Shown: piece by piece, positions 13,813 through 25,116 of the stretch
Numbering within the stretch: the stretch's first letter is position 1
Layout: each line of letters begins with the position of its first letter
Assembly: GCA_013239625.1 (NCBI GenBank)
Contig: MU054323.1
Coordinates: 1,674,001-1,738,000, forward strand
Direction of reading: 5' to 3'
Origin: Lama guanicoe
Lineage: Eukaryota
DNA length: 64,000 bases
Notes under the pieces: generated by a model
Databases searched by the model: none
Seen by the model: only the letters and a program-made list of their open reading frames with translations
What the model was told of the DNA's origin: nothing
Made by a program: the position numbers and the translations under genes

Positions 13813-14275
13813 TTGCATTTTCCTGGGACATCAGTTAGTTTCCATAAGATGGGGCAGTTTGGTCTGGAGTGGGTGTGGTCAGCAGGAGCACCACCCCCCC
13901 ACCCCCACCCTGGAAAGTAGGCCACATCTTTGAAACTGTATTAGTGCCCAGGCCCTGTGTGTTATTCTGGCACTGAAAATGGTAGCAACTAGAAGACAGA
14001 CTCTTAGAGAAAAATCACTGACTTTTACTCCAGGCTCAAGTTGTGTGAAGCACACTTTGAGTTTCAACAAAAGGTTAGCCTTGCTTTTATCTTTCCTCAC
14101 TTGCCAAGGTTTGCTTGTCTGACACCGGAAGTGCCAAGAGTGAATTCGAAAAGAAGAGCTCTGGGGGACTCTCCCCAGCCTCTGTCAGCAGAGGAAGTGT
14201 CAGTATTAGATCTGAGCTTCCTGAGCTTCCTGCTCCCCAGCAGGTGTCTAAGTTTTTTCTAGTCTACTTGTTGAG

Positions 14276-14507
14276 CGGTGGTTCACAACTGGGGATGATC
14301 TTTGCTCTCAAGGGGACATTTGGCACTCTCTGGAGACATTTTGGTTGTCACACCATTGGGGGCCTGGAGGAGGTGCACTGCTGGCATCCAGTGAGTAGAG
14401 GCGGGCGGCGGGGTGCAGCTAGGCATCCTGCAGAGCCTAGGGCAGCCCCCACAAAAAGGAATTATCTGGCCTCGAAATGTCAATAGTGCTGAGGCTGAGA
14501 ATCCCTG
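14276..14507. mobile_element. MER20 (hAT-Charlie MITE), essentially full length
   Basis: cggtggttcacaactgggg...ggggacatttggca...tctggagacattttggttgtcaca...ctggcatccagtgagtagaggc...aattatctggcc...aaatgtcaatagtgctgaggctgagaatccctg. Confidence 0.9.
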
Positions 14508-16024
14508 CTGTGGGAGCGTGCGTGGTCAGGATGTCTCCAGGGAAGCTGGCCGGCTGCCAGGAGGGGGCTCCAGGATGACCTTGTCACAGGTCGGGGTCAG
14601 CCTTGCCACTTCAGAAACTCACTTCCCGGGGTCCCAGAGCTGATCAAACTCTGGGAGGCTGACTGGAAGAGAAACTTAGAAGATGCTGAGTAAATAAACT
14701 GCCTTTGTCTTATTAATTTCCACGAGTAAGTAGAACTGGACAGAGTGGACGCTTGTGTTGGCCACATAGCTTGTATGCTCCCCTGCTGGTCAGGAGCCTG
14801 GGAACAGAAATCACCAGCAGATGCCTCCGGGAGCCTGGCCTCAGAACCAGGGGAGATTTCTGGGTAAATGATAATACCTGAAACTCTGAGGTCTGGACAC
14901 CTAGAACTCCACTCAAGATGTATCTTATCAGTGTTGTGACGCTGCGTCTTCTCCTTTAGAAAGCGCTGGGATGGGTCTTGGCAACCAATTTTGGCCTTTT
15001 ACACGTTCCTCCTCTGCTTCCATTGCTGACCCACTGCCTTTCATGATCCGTAACGATTCTTTTAATTAATTTACTCTTTAGTCCTGTTGGCTTGAGGAAG
15101 AGGAATTGGTTCAATAAAAACATGTTGAGCATCATTGTGTAGCAAGGATAATTAATTTGAAGATTGATATTATGACACTCTCCCTAACTGGAGGCTTCTC
15201 GGTCTGGTGGGTGGCACTGAGGTGACAACATTTCAGAAGAATGTGAGCAGGGCGGTGACAGGTCCTCTCAGCGTTCTCTGCCAGTACAGAGGACACAGAG
15301 CTAGGCTGCCGTGTCACTTAGAGTCTGCTCACTTGCTATGTCTGCTTTGAGCTCAGGCACTGATTTTACAGTTTGACTTTTGGGAGAGCAAACCTTATTC
15401 CTGTGATTCTGAGACCTGGGAGAAGGACGTGGGCCGACATCACTCCTGTGCACTGTCTGCTTGCCCATTTGGGTTTCCTCGTTCTGTTCCAAGCTTGGAT
15501 GTCAGGTCTCTGGATGATGAGAAGAGTCTGATTTGCCACTTAATCCTCGCCTTTCCCCTCTCAGTGTTGGAGACAGTCATCATGTACATTTCTGAATGCT
15601 GTAGTCAGCCCGCCGGGAAATTCAGCCAGGCTGGAGGGACATCTGAGGATGATGTCGCAGAGGGTCTCCCTCTGTGCTGTGAAGAGAAGAATTCTGCAGA
15701 GGCCGGCAGTGCTTGAGTGAGCTTGATGTGTTTTGCCAGGATCCTGCTGAATCACTCAGCAAAGTCAGAAACCTGCCGAAGTGCTAAATCACAAGTGATC
15801 CTGTCTTTTTTTTTTTTTTTGAACAGTTGCACATTGATAGGAAGACAGAGAAACACGAGGGCCATTTGGTGGGGCTGTTCAGCAGGAAGGGGGAGACTGT
15901 GTTGGGTGTACACAGTTTTCTTCCCCCCAAACCTGCTGCTTTGGGCCACGTCTTGCCACCTCTCCCCACCCTTCCTTAACTTTCCCCAACAATGAAAAGT
16001 GGGTCTTGATATTTTACACTAATT

Positions 16025-16235
16025 GAAACCAGGCAGACCTGCCTGAGTGTGAATCCTGTCTCTGGGACTCGTTAGGCGTGGGACTTTGGGTGAACAGTTC
16101 CTCTGAGCCTCAGTGTCCCGTCTGTACAATGGGGACTTCAGCACTTACCCTATGGTGGTTGAGGAGAGAGGTGATGTGTGTGAAACACTTGGGAAGGTTC
16201 TAGGCATGTTGCAGGGACTCAGAAGATGCTAGTTG
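16025..16235 (+). mobile_element. MIR SINE
   Basis: gtgtgaatcctgtctctg...cctctgagcctcagtgtcccgtctgtacaatgggga. Confidence 0.7.
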
Positions 16236-18170
16236 TCATTTTACGTGGAGACGTCACACTTCGAGTTTGAATGCCCTAAGCAGAGGGTGTGAATTGATAT
16301 AAATTCACATAGAGAGGTGTGGACTGGCTTTACCTATTCTCCAGAAATCCAGTTTTTTTGGACAGAAATCATGGTGATGGAAAGTGAGGCAAGGCACAAG
16401 AGTTCTGAGTTTTGGAGAAATCTCTTTCTGAAAGGGACAACCTGGGATGTAATTTATTCATCAGGCATTGATACCCACTGGGCACTGGCTTCTATAAAAA
16501 AAAGATCTGCTTGGCTAACCTCACAGTCTGGGCCAGCCCTGTCCTTCTGGGTGATGTACTGGTGCCCAGCAGTGCCTGGGGTTTCTTAGAAGTGCTGAGT
16601 AACCCAAGAACTTTGTTAATTTTTTCTTCAGTGGTCAATATAGTCATATCAAAGCTGTTTGCAGTTAATTGATTATCTCCAAGCCAGATTAATCTTACCT
16701 TCTTTAAAATGTGCTACATTTGGAAAGGCGTCTGGTGGGGAATGGAAGCCTATATATGTGTGCTAGATCCTTTCAAAAAGGCACAACAAAGTTTCTGCAT
16801 TTCAAGTAGAACACAGATGTCAGAGGCTGACCCAGTGAGGTGCTGCTGGGTGGCCATGGAGGAGGAGGAGAGGGAGAAGGAAGGAGGAGCTGTAGGAGGA
16901 AGATACTAGCTCCTGAATTGATTTTATTTATCCCTGTTGAGATTTCTCTACCTCTTCTGCCAAGAGTCCCACCTCAGAAGTTCACTTTGGGTAGATTCGC
17001 ATTTCTTCTGGATCCTTCTTCATTGTCATCTCTATTAGAGGTGGAAATTCACTGAAGGATGCTATGGACATTGCTGGGACCAGCTCGGAGACTGTTCCTG
17101 CTTGGCTCCCTCTCCATCGCCCCCCTGATGTTGGTCAGACACCTTGAGCTGTTTGTTATTTGGTTTGGGGGCTGTGAGCTCCCGGGGCGGGGGAGAGGGC
17201 AGGCACCGCATCTTGTTTGTAATCCCCGTGCCTCGGGTAATGCCAGGCAGAGCCTCCGCTATAATGAAAGCTTGCTGAATGACTGACATGGCTGGAGGCT
17301 CTTCTTTCTGAAGCTCAGAATCAATCTTTTCTTTTTCATCTTCCCCTCTTTTGGGCCTAGCATTGATTGGAAAACGACAATCGACGGATGGTTGCTTAGA
17401 TGTTAGTATAAATCTATGGGAATGCACCAGCATGGGGCAAGGCTTACCTCATTGGGAAGTGAAGTTTCTTTTGCTTTCTTTAATTTGTTCAGAGAGAAAA
17501 AATTGAAACTTGTCCTTTTATTCATTTTGGGACAAACTTAACTGCCTCCTCCCCCTACCCAAACACCATACACTCATGCATGCACATAAACTAGAGAAAG
17601 GACGCTGATCTAGCACGTGTAGTCATTTCTCATCCGTGAAACATGACAATGGACAAATGAAATAAAATTGAATTTGGCCAGCCTTTGAAACCTATTGATC
17701 TCCAGTTAGAGCGGCAGTACTAATTCCATTAGGGCAGTCACACTCAGAACTTCGTCTCTAAAATGGATTAAAGGGTTTATAAGTATATCCTTGATGAATT
17801 AGCTAAGGAAATAATGCTCCTAGAAGTAACTGTGTGGGAGATGAATGCTAGTTCTAGTGCCTCCTTTTGTCTTCGGATGTTTTGTTGGCCTTGGGGTCAG
17901 GGCAGATGCCCCAAGAGTCCACTGTGGTCCAGATCTGAGAGTGGTTGTGAATCAAGTCCTGGGGCTTGGTGATGTCTCCCTACCCACTGTGTCCAGCGGG
18001 AGTGATGGTTCCATGGGGGGAGGGCCCGCCCCTGCCCTTTCCCCGAGAGTTAGGTGATGCTCTGAGATACGTGTCTAACCAGTAAAATGCCCAGCGTTGG
18101 GTCTCAGACTAAACTTCATAGACATGTTTTCTCCTTGGACTTACAACTTGTCTGTTGACTCCTTTTGCAG

Positions 18171-18363
18171 GCGAGAGTGATTTCCCAGTGATTGCTTCGG
18201 CCGGTACAACCAGAGAATAGGAGTCTTCTCTTCTTTTTGGACCACTAGATGCCTCTCTGCACCACACTCTGCAGCGAGGGAAGAAGGGCGGAGCTTCTAG
18301 GATGACGATGGACAGTCCGCTGGGCAGGATGAGGGCAGGGAGTGTGATGTCGACACCACAAGG
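18171..18363 (+). other. KCNS3: KCNS3 non-coding 5' UTR exon (penultimate exon)
   Basis: Acceptor ...ttgactccttttgcag|G at 18170/18171 and donor AGG|GTAAGC at 18363/18364; unique, non-repeat sequence of 193 nt. Size and position agree with my recollection of the ~192-nt UTR exon before the coding exon of human KCNS3 (not verified by alignment). Confidence 0.8.
18249..18305 (+). other. uORF1 in KCNS3 5' UTR, 18 aa (MPLCTTLCSEGRRAELLG*)
   Basis: ATG at 18249 reads open to TGA at 18303-18305, entirely inside the predicted UTR exon. Confidence 0.6.
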
Positions 18364-21300
18364 GTAAGCATTGCCTCCCTGATGTTTTCTCTGACACCAT
18401 TACTTACCGAAGGAAGGGGAGAATGAACCTTGCAGCACAGTGACAGAAATAAAGCCCAGACTTCGGGAAGACCTTCTGATTGTCAAAGCCACTGGACAGT
18501 TGGGCCAGATGACTTAGGGAGAAGAGGAGAGAGCCAGCCTGAAAGGGTTAGGTTGGAGTCATACTGGGGGACATGGCAGGTCAACTTTGGGAGAGCCTGT
18601 GGGTCCATGTTGCCCAACTCCCCTTTTGTTGTTTGTAGTTCAGTCTTGAGGAAGGGACACTCCTGTTACTGCGACAAGATGCCATTTGTGCCCGTCTGAG
18701 TAAGTCTGGCTTAACATGGGTGCTGTGGAGCTGGGGCTGGTAAGAATCTCACTTGGGTGACTGACTGAGGACTTACTGGGACTAACTGGCCCAGAGACAC
18801 ATTTTTCACATAGCGTTGAAAACTTTCTGGGTCAGTTCTAATTAAAGTTGAGATATCCCACATAAAAGCAATGATTTATGAGTTTTCCTGGAACACGGTA
18901 AGGTACACCTATACTGGCCCTCTGTTCCCACAAAGGACTCTGGTTCTGAGAAGCCTCTGCCTCTGAGACAAGCGGGGATAGTTCACCATAGTCCCCAACC
19001 AGCCCACTTAATTTGTGTAACTTAATGTGTTTGGCCACGGAAGGCATTTCATTTCACCATGTCTGAGCTAGATCCTTCTGCTAGCTCTTTGACAAAATCA
19101 ATGATAGTTTTTGTTAGTTTTTCCAGATAAAAGTGAGTATATTTCACTGGACTGTGGGTGGCAATTAGCATAAGGGGTGGGGGCTGTGGCGATGATGGGA
19201 CATGGTCCCCTCCATGGAAGAGCTTAGTGTCTAGTGATGGCAATGGTTGGATTTGTAGGGAGTAAAGAGAACTGTGAAAATGCTATAATCTCATATTGGG
19301 GGGACTCAAATAACTGAAGGGCTGTGGGAGAAGGTGAGCAGAGCTGGGAAGTGGGGGTGGGGGTGGGGGTGAACTATTTGTCATAGGTGCATTCAGATTC
19401 TCCAAAACTCCCTCTTCTGAACACAAGAGCATCCTTGTGACAGCCGTTTGTATGTGGGTTCCTCCGTGTCACATGACTCAGTCAGAGACGTGAGGGGTTA
19501 AGTCTCCCCTCTTGTGGCAAAGCCCACATTTTCTTCCTGTTTCTGATTGAAAATCTTTCATATGTGGTTCTTCGCTTTTTTTTTTTCTTAAACAAATAGG
19601 ACAGATTCCTGGGTATGTGGCTCATGAAGTCACTCAGCTGCCTGAGCATCTCTCCTGCTTGGAGAGGAGCTGCTTGAATTACAGGGATCCCTGGAGTTTC
19701 CAGAGGCGGGGGTGGCCACACTAAGTAGAGATGCAGAGGGGATGAACACAACTCTGATATGACTGTCCTAAGTGGAGGGGGCAAGAGAGGGAAGGGAGAA
19801 AGTAGGGGTAGGAAGGAGCGGGTAGAAGTACTGTTATCATAATCTCTTATTTCGCGAACAAGGTTTTACATTTTGTGTTTTTAAAAGACTTTTGCATTTG
19901 CTATCGTGTCATCAAGGTGTGTGTATCATCTGTTATAGATCAAGACTCTACCCACCCAAGGTCTCATAGCTGGGAAGTGACAGCTCAAACACGAGTTTTC
20001 AGAGTCCTAACTTTCCCCTCTTTTCTTCAGTTGCTTCTGATAGTTCAGTATAGCTAGGGACCTGGTGAGTTCGTTTCTTTTAGTTCAACCTTTAAAAGTT
20101 GGGTTTAGGTTAGGAATGCTCTGAAATGGGGCGACCTGAGACCCTGGTAATTGGCCCTATGCCGTTGGCATGTTATCAGCTGTGCTTAATGCTGTCGGGA
20201 CACGTCAGCCATGAAACAGACCAGGAGGGAGTTTTCTTTCTGTCTGCTTGGCCAGTGGGACTCACATTATATCCAGGCTTCCTCCCTGGGCTGGGCTGGA
20301 CCATTTAGAAGGCTTCTGCCAGAAATGGCTCCATGCAGGAGCCTCCGGATGCTCAGGAAATGCTGAGCCCAGGAAACCAAGACTTGCTTCCAGAAGACTC
20401 TGTGAAGTCTCACGTGTTCTGCACTGGGCATGTCCTCCTAGTTGTCTCAGAAACAGCTATTTCTCAGGATTGCACTATTTTAGCTGCGGTAAAAACACTC
20501 TGACTTACGGAGGCCTGAATCAAGGACCATCAGCATCTCCATTCTAAATCCACAGTCATGATGGACTGTGCAATGATACTGACATTTCATTGTACTCTCT
20601 GCTCCTCAGTGGCCAGTCAGTGACTTCTGATGTTCTTTCCCTTATCTGTTACCCACACCAGTGCACGGGGAGCCTGCCTTATGTAGCAGAAGATCATCAC
20701 CAGGGGAGGTGCCTGATGAGAGAATGCTTGATACTGGGTGTGGACTGAATTTAAATTTTCAATTCTGTTTACACTTGTTTAGTTTCATTTGGAATATTCT
20801 CACATGGCATGGCCAGAAATAGAATTTAGCATGACCTACACCCCCCAACCCTTTTTAAAAGCATACATGATTTTTCTTTTAAACTTAATAGAATGAAATG
20901 CATCTTTTTAAGAAGAAAGTTCCAAAAAGATAGGAATATTAATGCAGAAGAATGCACTTTGTTTTCTTCGATGATTGAGCTAATGTAGATTTTGGACAAA
21001 TGGGAAGGAAAACGGAATCTAGGTTTTTGTTCACTTTTATGGAATTGATTTTAAAAAGTCGTTCTGCCCCCAAAAAGCAAGTACAAGTGGCTTGTATTTG
21101 TTACACTTTTGTTACTTTTCTGAGCAACTAAATGCATTATTAAAACCACTCATGCATGTATGTGGTTGTATATGTTCAGCCTTGAAAACACAGGTTTTTT
21201 TTTTTTTGGAAATGGTTACTTATATTTCAACTTTGCATTTATGGACAATTTTGGAGAAATACAGAAAAAAGGTTAGAAGGAAATTTATTTTCTCTTTTTC

Positions 21301-21544
21301 TAAGGTACTGGAAATTTATTTTCCAATTACTAGTGGAGCCACTGCTGTATTTTATAAGTTGGAAACCTGGTAGAATCATAAACTGTAAAATATTTTGTAT
21401 CTATTTTATGTACTGTTGCAAATATAATACAGTAATTCCATTTCAAGTTGAGAAAAACTTATTTTTAAATTAATTTCAGATTTTATCGAGGCTTACTAGA
21501 CCCTATACAAAATGCTTTACACATCTTAACCCATTTAATCCTTT

Positions 21545-21740
21545 AAAAATTTTTTTAAATTGTTTATTTATTTATTTATTTTTATTGAAGTGTATTTGAT
21601 TAACAATGTTAATTTCAGGTCCATAGCAAAGTGATTCAACTATACATATACATAGATATGTATTCATATATTTTCATATTCGTTCCCTTATAGCTTATTA
21701 CAAGAAATTTAATACAGTTCCTTGGGCTATACAGTAGGTT
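21545..21740 (-). mobile_element. Cetartiodactyl-type L1 3' UTR fragment
   Basis: T-rich tail, then ttattgaagtgtatttgattaacaatgtt...tagcaaagtgattca...ttattacaaga...aatacagttccttgggctatacagtagg; same family as 37308-37949. Confidence 0.8.
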
Positions 21741-22549
21741 CTCATTGAAAACACACAGTTTTGAGAGCATTTTTAAAGTGAGTTTGAGAGCAGGAAGCAG
21801 AGAGAGGTAAGAGGTTAATCGTTTTGAAGAGGCTTTATGGGTGCCACTTGGATATAAGTGGATCAATGTGGTTTTTTACTTAAGCTCCCAAAGAATAGCA
21901 TGGATTTTTGACACCTTTTTCTTTCTTTTCAGTCTTACAAACACCAAGAGGTACAAGGTGGCAAAATATAGTATATGGTGTTCTGACCATGGGTGATGTG
22001 GTTGATAGAAGGTAGGAGGATTGGTAGGATGAACCTAAGCTCTTCTTGAGGAAGAGAATGAACGTAGCAATTGATTTTTCTACCTTGTGGCCAGATGTGT
22101 TTTGTATCCACTTATGTGCCTAATTTGAGACCATGTGTGTTCTTGGCCTGCTAGTACTGAATCTCCTACCAAAGCATTAGCATTCTTTAATGAAGATGAC
22201 TGATAAAATATGTAAAATTAAAAGCCGAAGTCTCTCCTTCCTCCCACTTAAAAAAAAAAATTAAGTACTCATGTATGAGGCATAGTGGAAAGAGTCCACC
22301 CTAAAAAAAGCTGGCTGATGTTGGTCAAACCCTGAGCCTCAGGTTCGCAACATGGGGTATAAGATCTACCGCTTACATTGCTGGAGAATTGAGTGAAATG
22401 ACTTGTTCATTGAGTGATCCTTACTCATGACTGACTAGTGTCCAGGTACTGCATGAACTGCTGGGAATTAAAGGACGCTCAATAATGTATATGGAAGCAT
22501 TTACCACCATGCAAGGCCCCAAAAGGTGCTTAGTAAAGCCTTCTTAAAA

Positions 22550-23360
22550 CATTTTTGATGGAGAATTTTAACATCTATGATAATAGAGAGAATAGTGCTT
22601 TAAACTCCTCTGTAACCATCACTCAGCTGCAACGATTGTCATAATTATTAATGCATAGCCATCTGTATGACTCTTCCTCGTCCCCCCCACTCCCTACCAA
22701 TGGATTATTTTGGAATGAAGCCTAAATGTGGTATAATTTTATCCATAAAATATTACTATAGATTTCCAAAAGAGAAAGGTTCTTTTTGAGAGCATAATTA
22801 CAATACCATTAGCACGCTGAAAAATTGGTAATTATTTTATATTATCAAGTATCTATTTTAGTGTTCAAGTGTCCCTGATTTTCACATATATTTTTAAAAG
22901 CATTTGGCTAGCTAGACTCGGTAGCCATACAAAGCCACACCCTGGATCTATGTGATATGTCATTTATTTGATCCCTGTCGTCTGTCCTGTAGGATTTCCG
23001 ACAGTCTTGATTTTGCTGATTACATCCCTACAGCGTCTTTGAACGTGTTCCTCTGAAATCCTTATTTGATTTCAACTTGTAGATCTGGAGGCTAGATCAA
23101 GTTCAGGTCTGATTCTTTTTTTGGCCGGAATACTTCAGACTTGTGTGTATGTTTCCATCAGGAGGCACATTCTGTCTTATCTCTGTTTATTACACCAGGC
23201 TTGATCAGTGGGTTCCGGTCTTGTTCCTCTGATCTACCAGTTATGAAGTTCCCCATCAGCTTTTTATCTGGGTTTTCCCAGCCATGTCTGATCATTGCCT
23301 AGATTCGTGACTCCATTATGCGTTGCAAGATGGCAAGGTTTTAGTTTTCTTCCTTAGCTG
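22550..23360 (-). mobile_element. Old L1 (L1MC4/5-like) 3' region
   Basis: tagagagaatagt...taaccatcactcagct...tggattattttgga...cataattacaataccatt...gttccccatcagc motifs. Confidence 0.6.
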
Positions 23361-23369
23361 GGATCCTTT

Positions 23370-25000
23370 TAAAAATTACAGTTTTATTGAGATATACTTC
23401 ACTGAAAGTTTACCCTTTAAAACGTATAACCCACTGGTCCTTAGTATATTTGTAAGGTTGTAAAGCCATGTAATTCTGGAATATTTTTATCACCCTCACA
23501 AAGAAACACATTCCCATGAGCAGTCATATCCCGTTCTCCCCTCTTCCCAGCCCCCCACAACCCCCAATCCACTTGTGTCTGCAGGTTTGCCTACTCTGGA
23601 CATTTCATATAAATGGAATTGTACAACATGTGGCCCTTTTTCGGTCCAGCTTCTTTCATTAGCCTGATGTTTTCGAAGTTAATCCACGTTACAGCATGGA
23701 TAAGTACTATGTTCCTTTTCATAGCCAAATAATACTCCACTGTGTAGGTACACCATTTTGTTTATGAATTCATCAGTTGATGGACATTTGGGTTGTTCCT
23801 CCTTTTTGACTATTATGAATAATGGTGCTGTGAACATTAATGTACATGTTTTTGTTTGAACATGTTTTCAGTTCTCTTGGGAACATACCTAGTAGTGGAA
23901 CTGCTGGATCATAATGGTAATGCTATGTTTAAGTTTTTGCAAAATGAACCTACACTGTTTTCCAAAATGGCTTCACCATTTTATATTAGTACCTCTAACG
24001 CTTGAGGGTTTCAATTTCTCCACATCCTCACGACCACTTATTGTATTATAATGCAATACTATTATTATTATTATTACTTTTTCAAAAATATATTTTTGGG
24101 GGAAGTAATTAGGTTTGTTTGTTTGTTTATGTATTTATTAATTTACTGGAGGTACTGGGGATTAAGCCCAGGACCACAAACTACCACTAAGGTATACCCT
24201 CCTCAACTTATTATTGCTTTTTGATTATAACCATTCTAGTGGTGTGAAGTGGTATCTCATCGTGATTTTGAATTGCATTTTCCTAATGACTAATGATGTT
24301 AAGCATGTTTTCATGTACTTTTTGCCATTTGTATATCTTTGGAGAAACGTCCATAAAAATCCTTTGCCCATTTGTCTTTTTATTGCTCAGTGGTTAAGTG
24401 TGTTTTAATCTCTTCTGGATACTAGACCTCTATCAGTTATATGATTTGCAAATATATTCTCCTATTTTGTGGGCGGCTTTGTTAGACTTTTCCAAGTTCC
24501 TCCTCACAACATCCCTTCATTTTGCATTCCCACCCACAGTTTACAAAAGTGCCTACTTGCCCACATACTCGGTAATAGAGTATGTGGTCCAATTTTTGGA
24601 TTTTTTTTCATTTTATTATTAGATATGATACTGCACAATAGGTTTAATGTGCATTTATCTTATTCTGAAAAAGATAGAGCATTTTTTTCTTGTTTTAAGA
24701 CCCATTTGCATTTTGTTCTGTGAACTGTCTCTTTGTATCTGGTCCATTTTTCTACATTGTTTTTCTTTTCTAGCTTAAACTCTTTATATGTTAGGTATAT
24801 TAACCATCTGTCTGTGATGTAAGTGGCAAGTATTTTTTTCCTGCATTCTCTTTTTAATGTTGCTTATGGCATGTTTTTCCATATCAGAATTTTTGCTTCT
24901 ATATAATAACATTTTTGGTTATATTTTAGGCATAATAGAGAGGTTTTTCTCATTTAAAGGAGAAATTGACCCATATTTTTATTTAGTGTGTGTATAGTTC
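23370..25000 (-). mobile_element. L1M (L1MB-like) 3' end and ORF2 C-terminal relic, interrupted by a SINE
   Basis: cagttttattgagata...ctggacatttcatataaatggaat...catcagttgatggacatttgggttg...ggtgtgaagtggtatctcatcgtgattttgaattgcatttt. Confidence 0.85.
24083..24207 (-). mobile_element. Camelid Vic-1-type tRNA-derived SINE with internal deletion, flanked by 15-bp TSD
   Basis: Reverse strand reads GAGGAGGGTATACCTTAGTGGTAG-TTTGT-GGTCCTGGGCTTAATCCCCAGTACCTCC...AAACAAACAAACCTAATTACTTCCCCC; TSD ttattatt(a/g)cttttt at 24068-24082 and 24208-24222. Confidence 0.8.
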
Positions 25001-25074
25001 TATATATATGGTTCACACTATGTGTGGGTGTGTATGTATATATGTCCCTTTATATGTACATTTATATGTAACTT

Positions 25075-25116
25075 CACATATAATATATATTATATATAAT
25101 ATATATTAAATATATA
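25075..25116. repeat. (TA)-rich low-complexity repeat
   Basis: atataatatatattatatataatatatattaaatatata. Confidence 0.85.
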
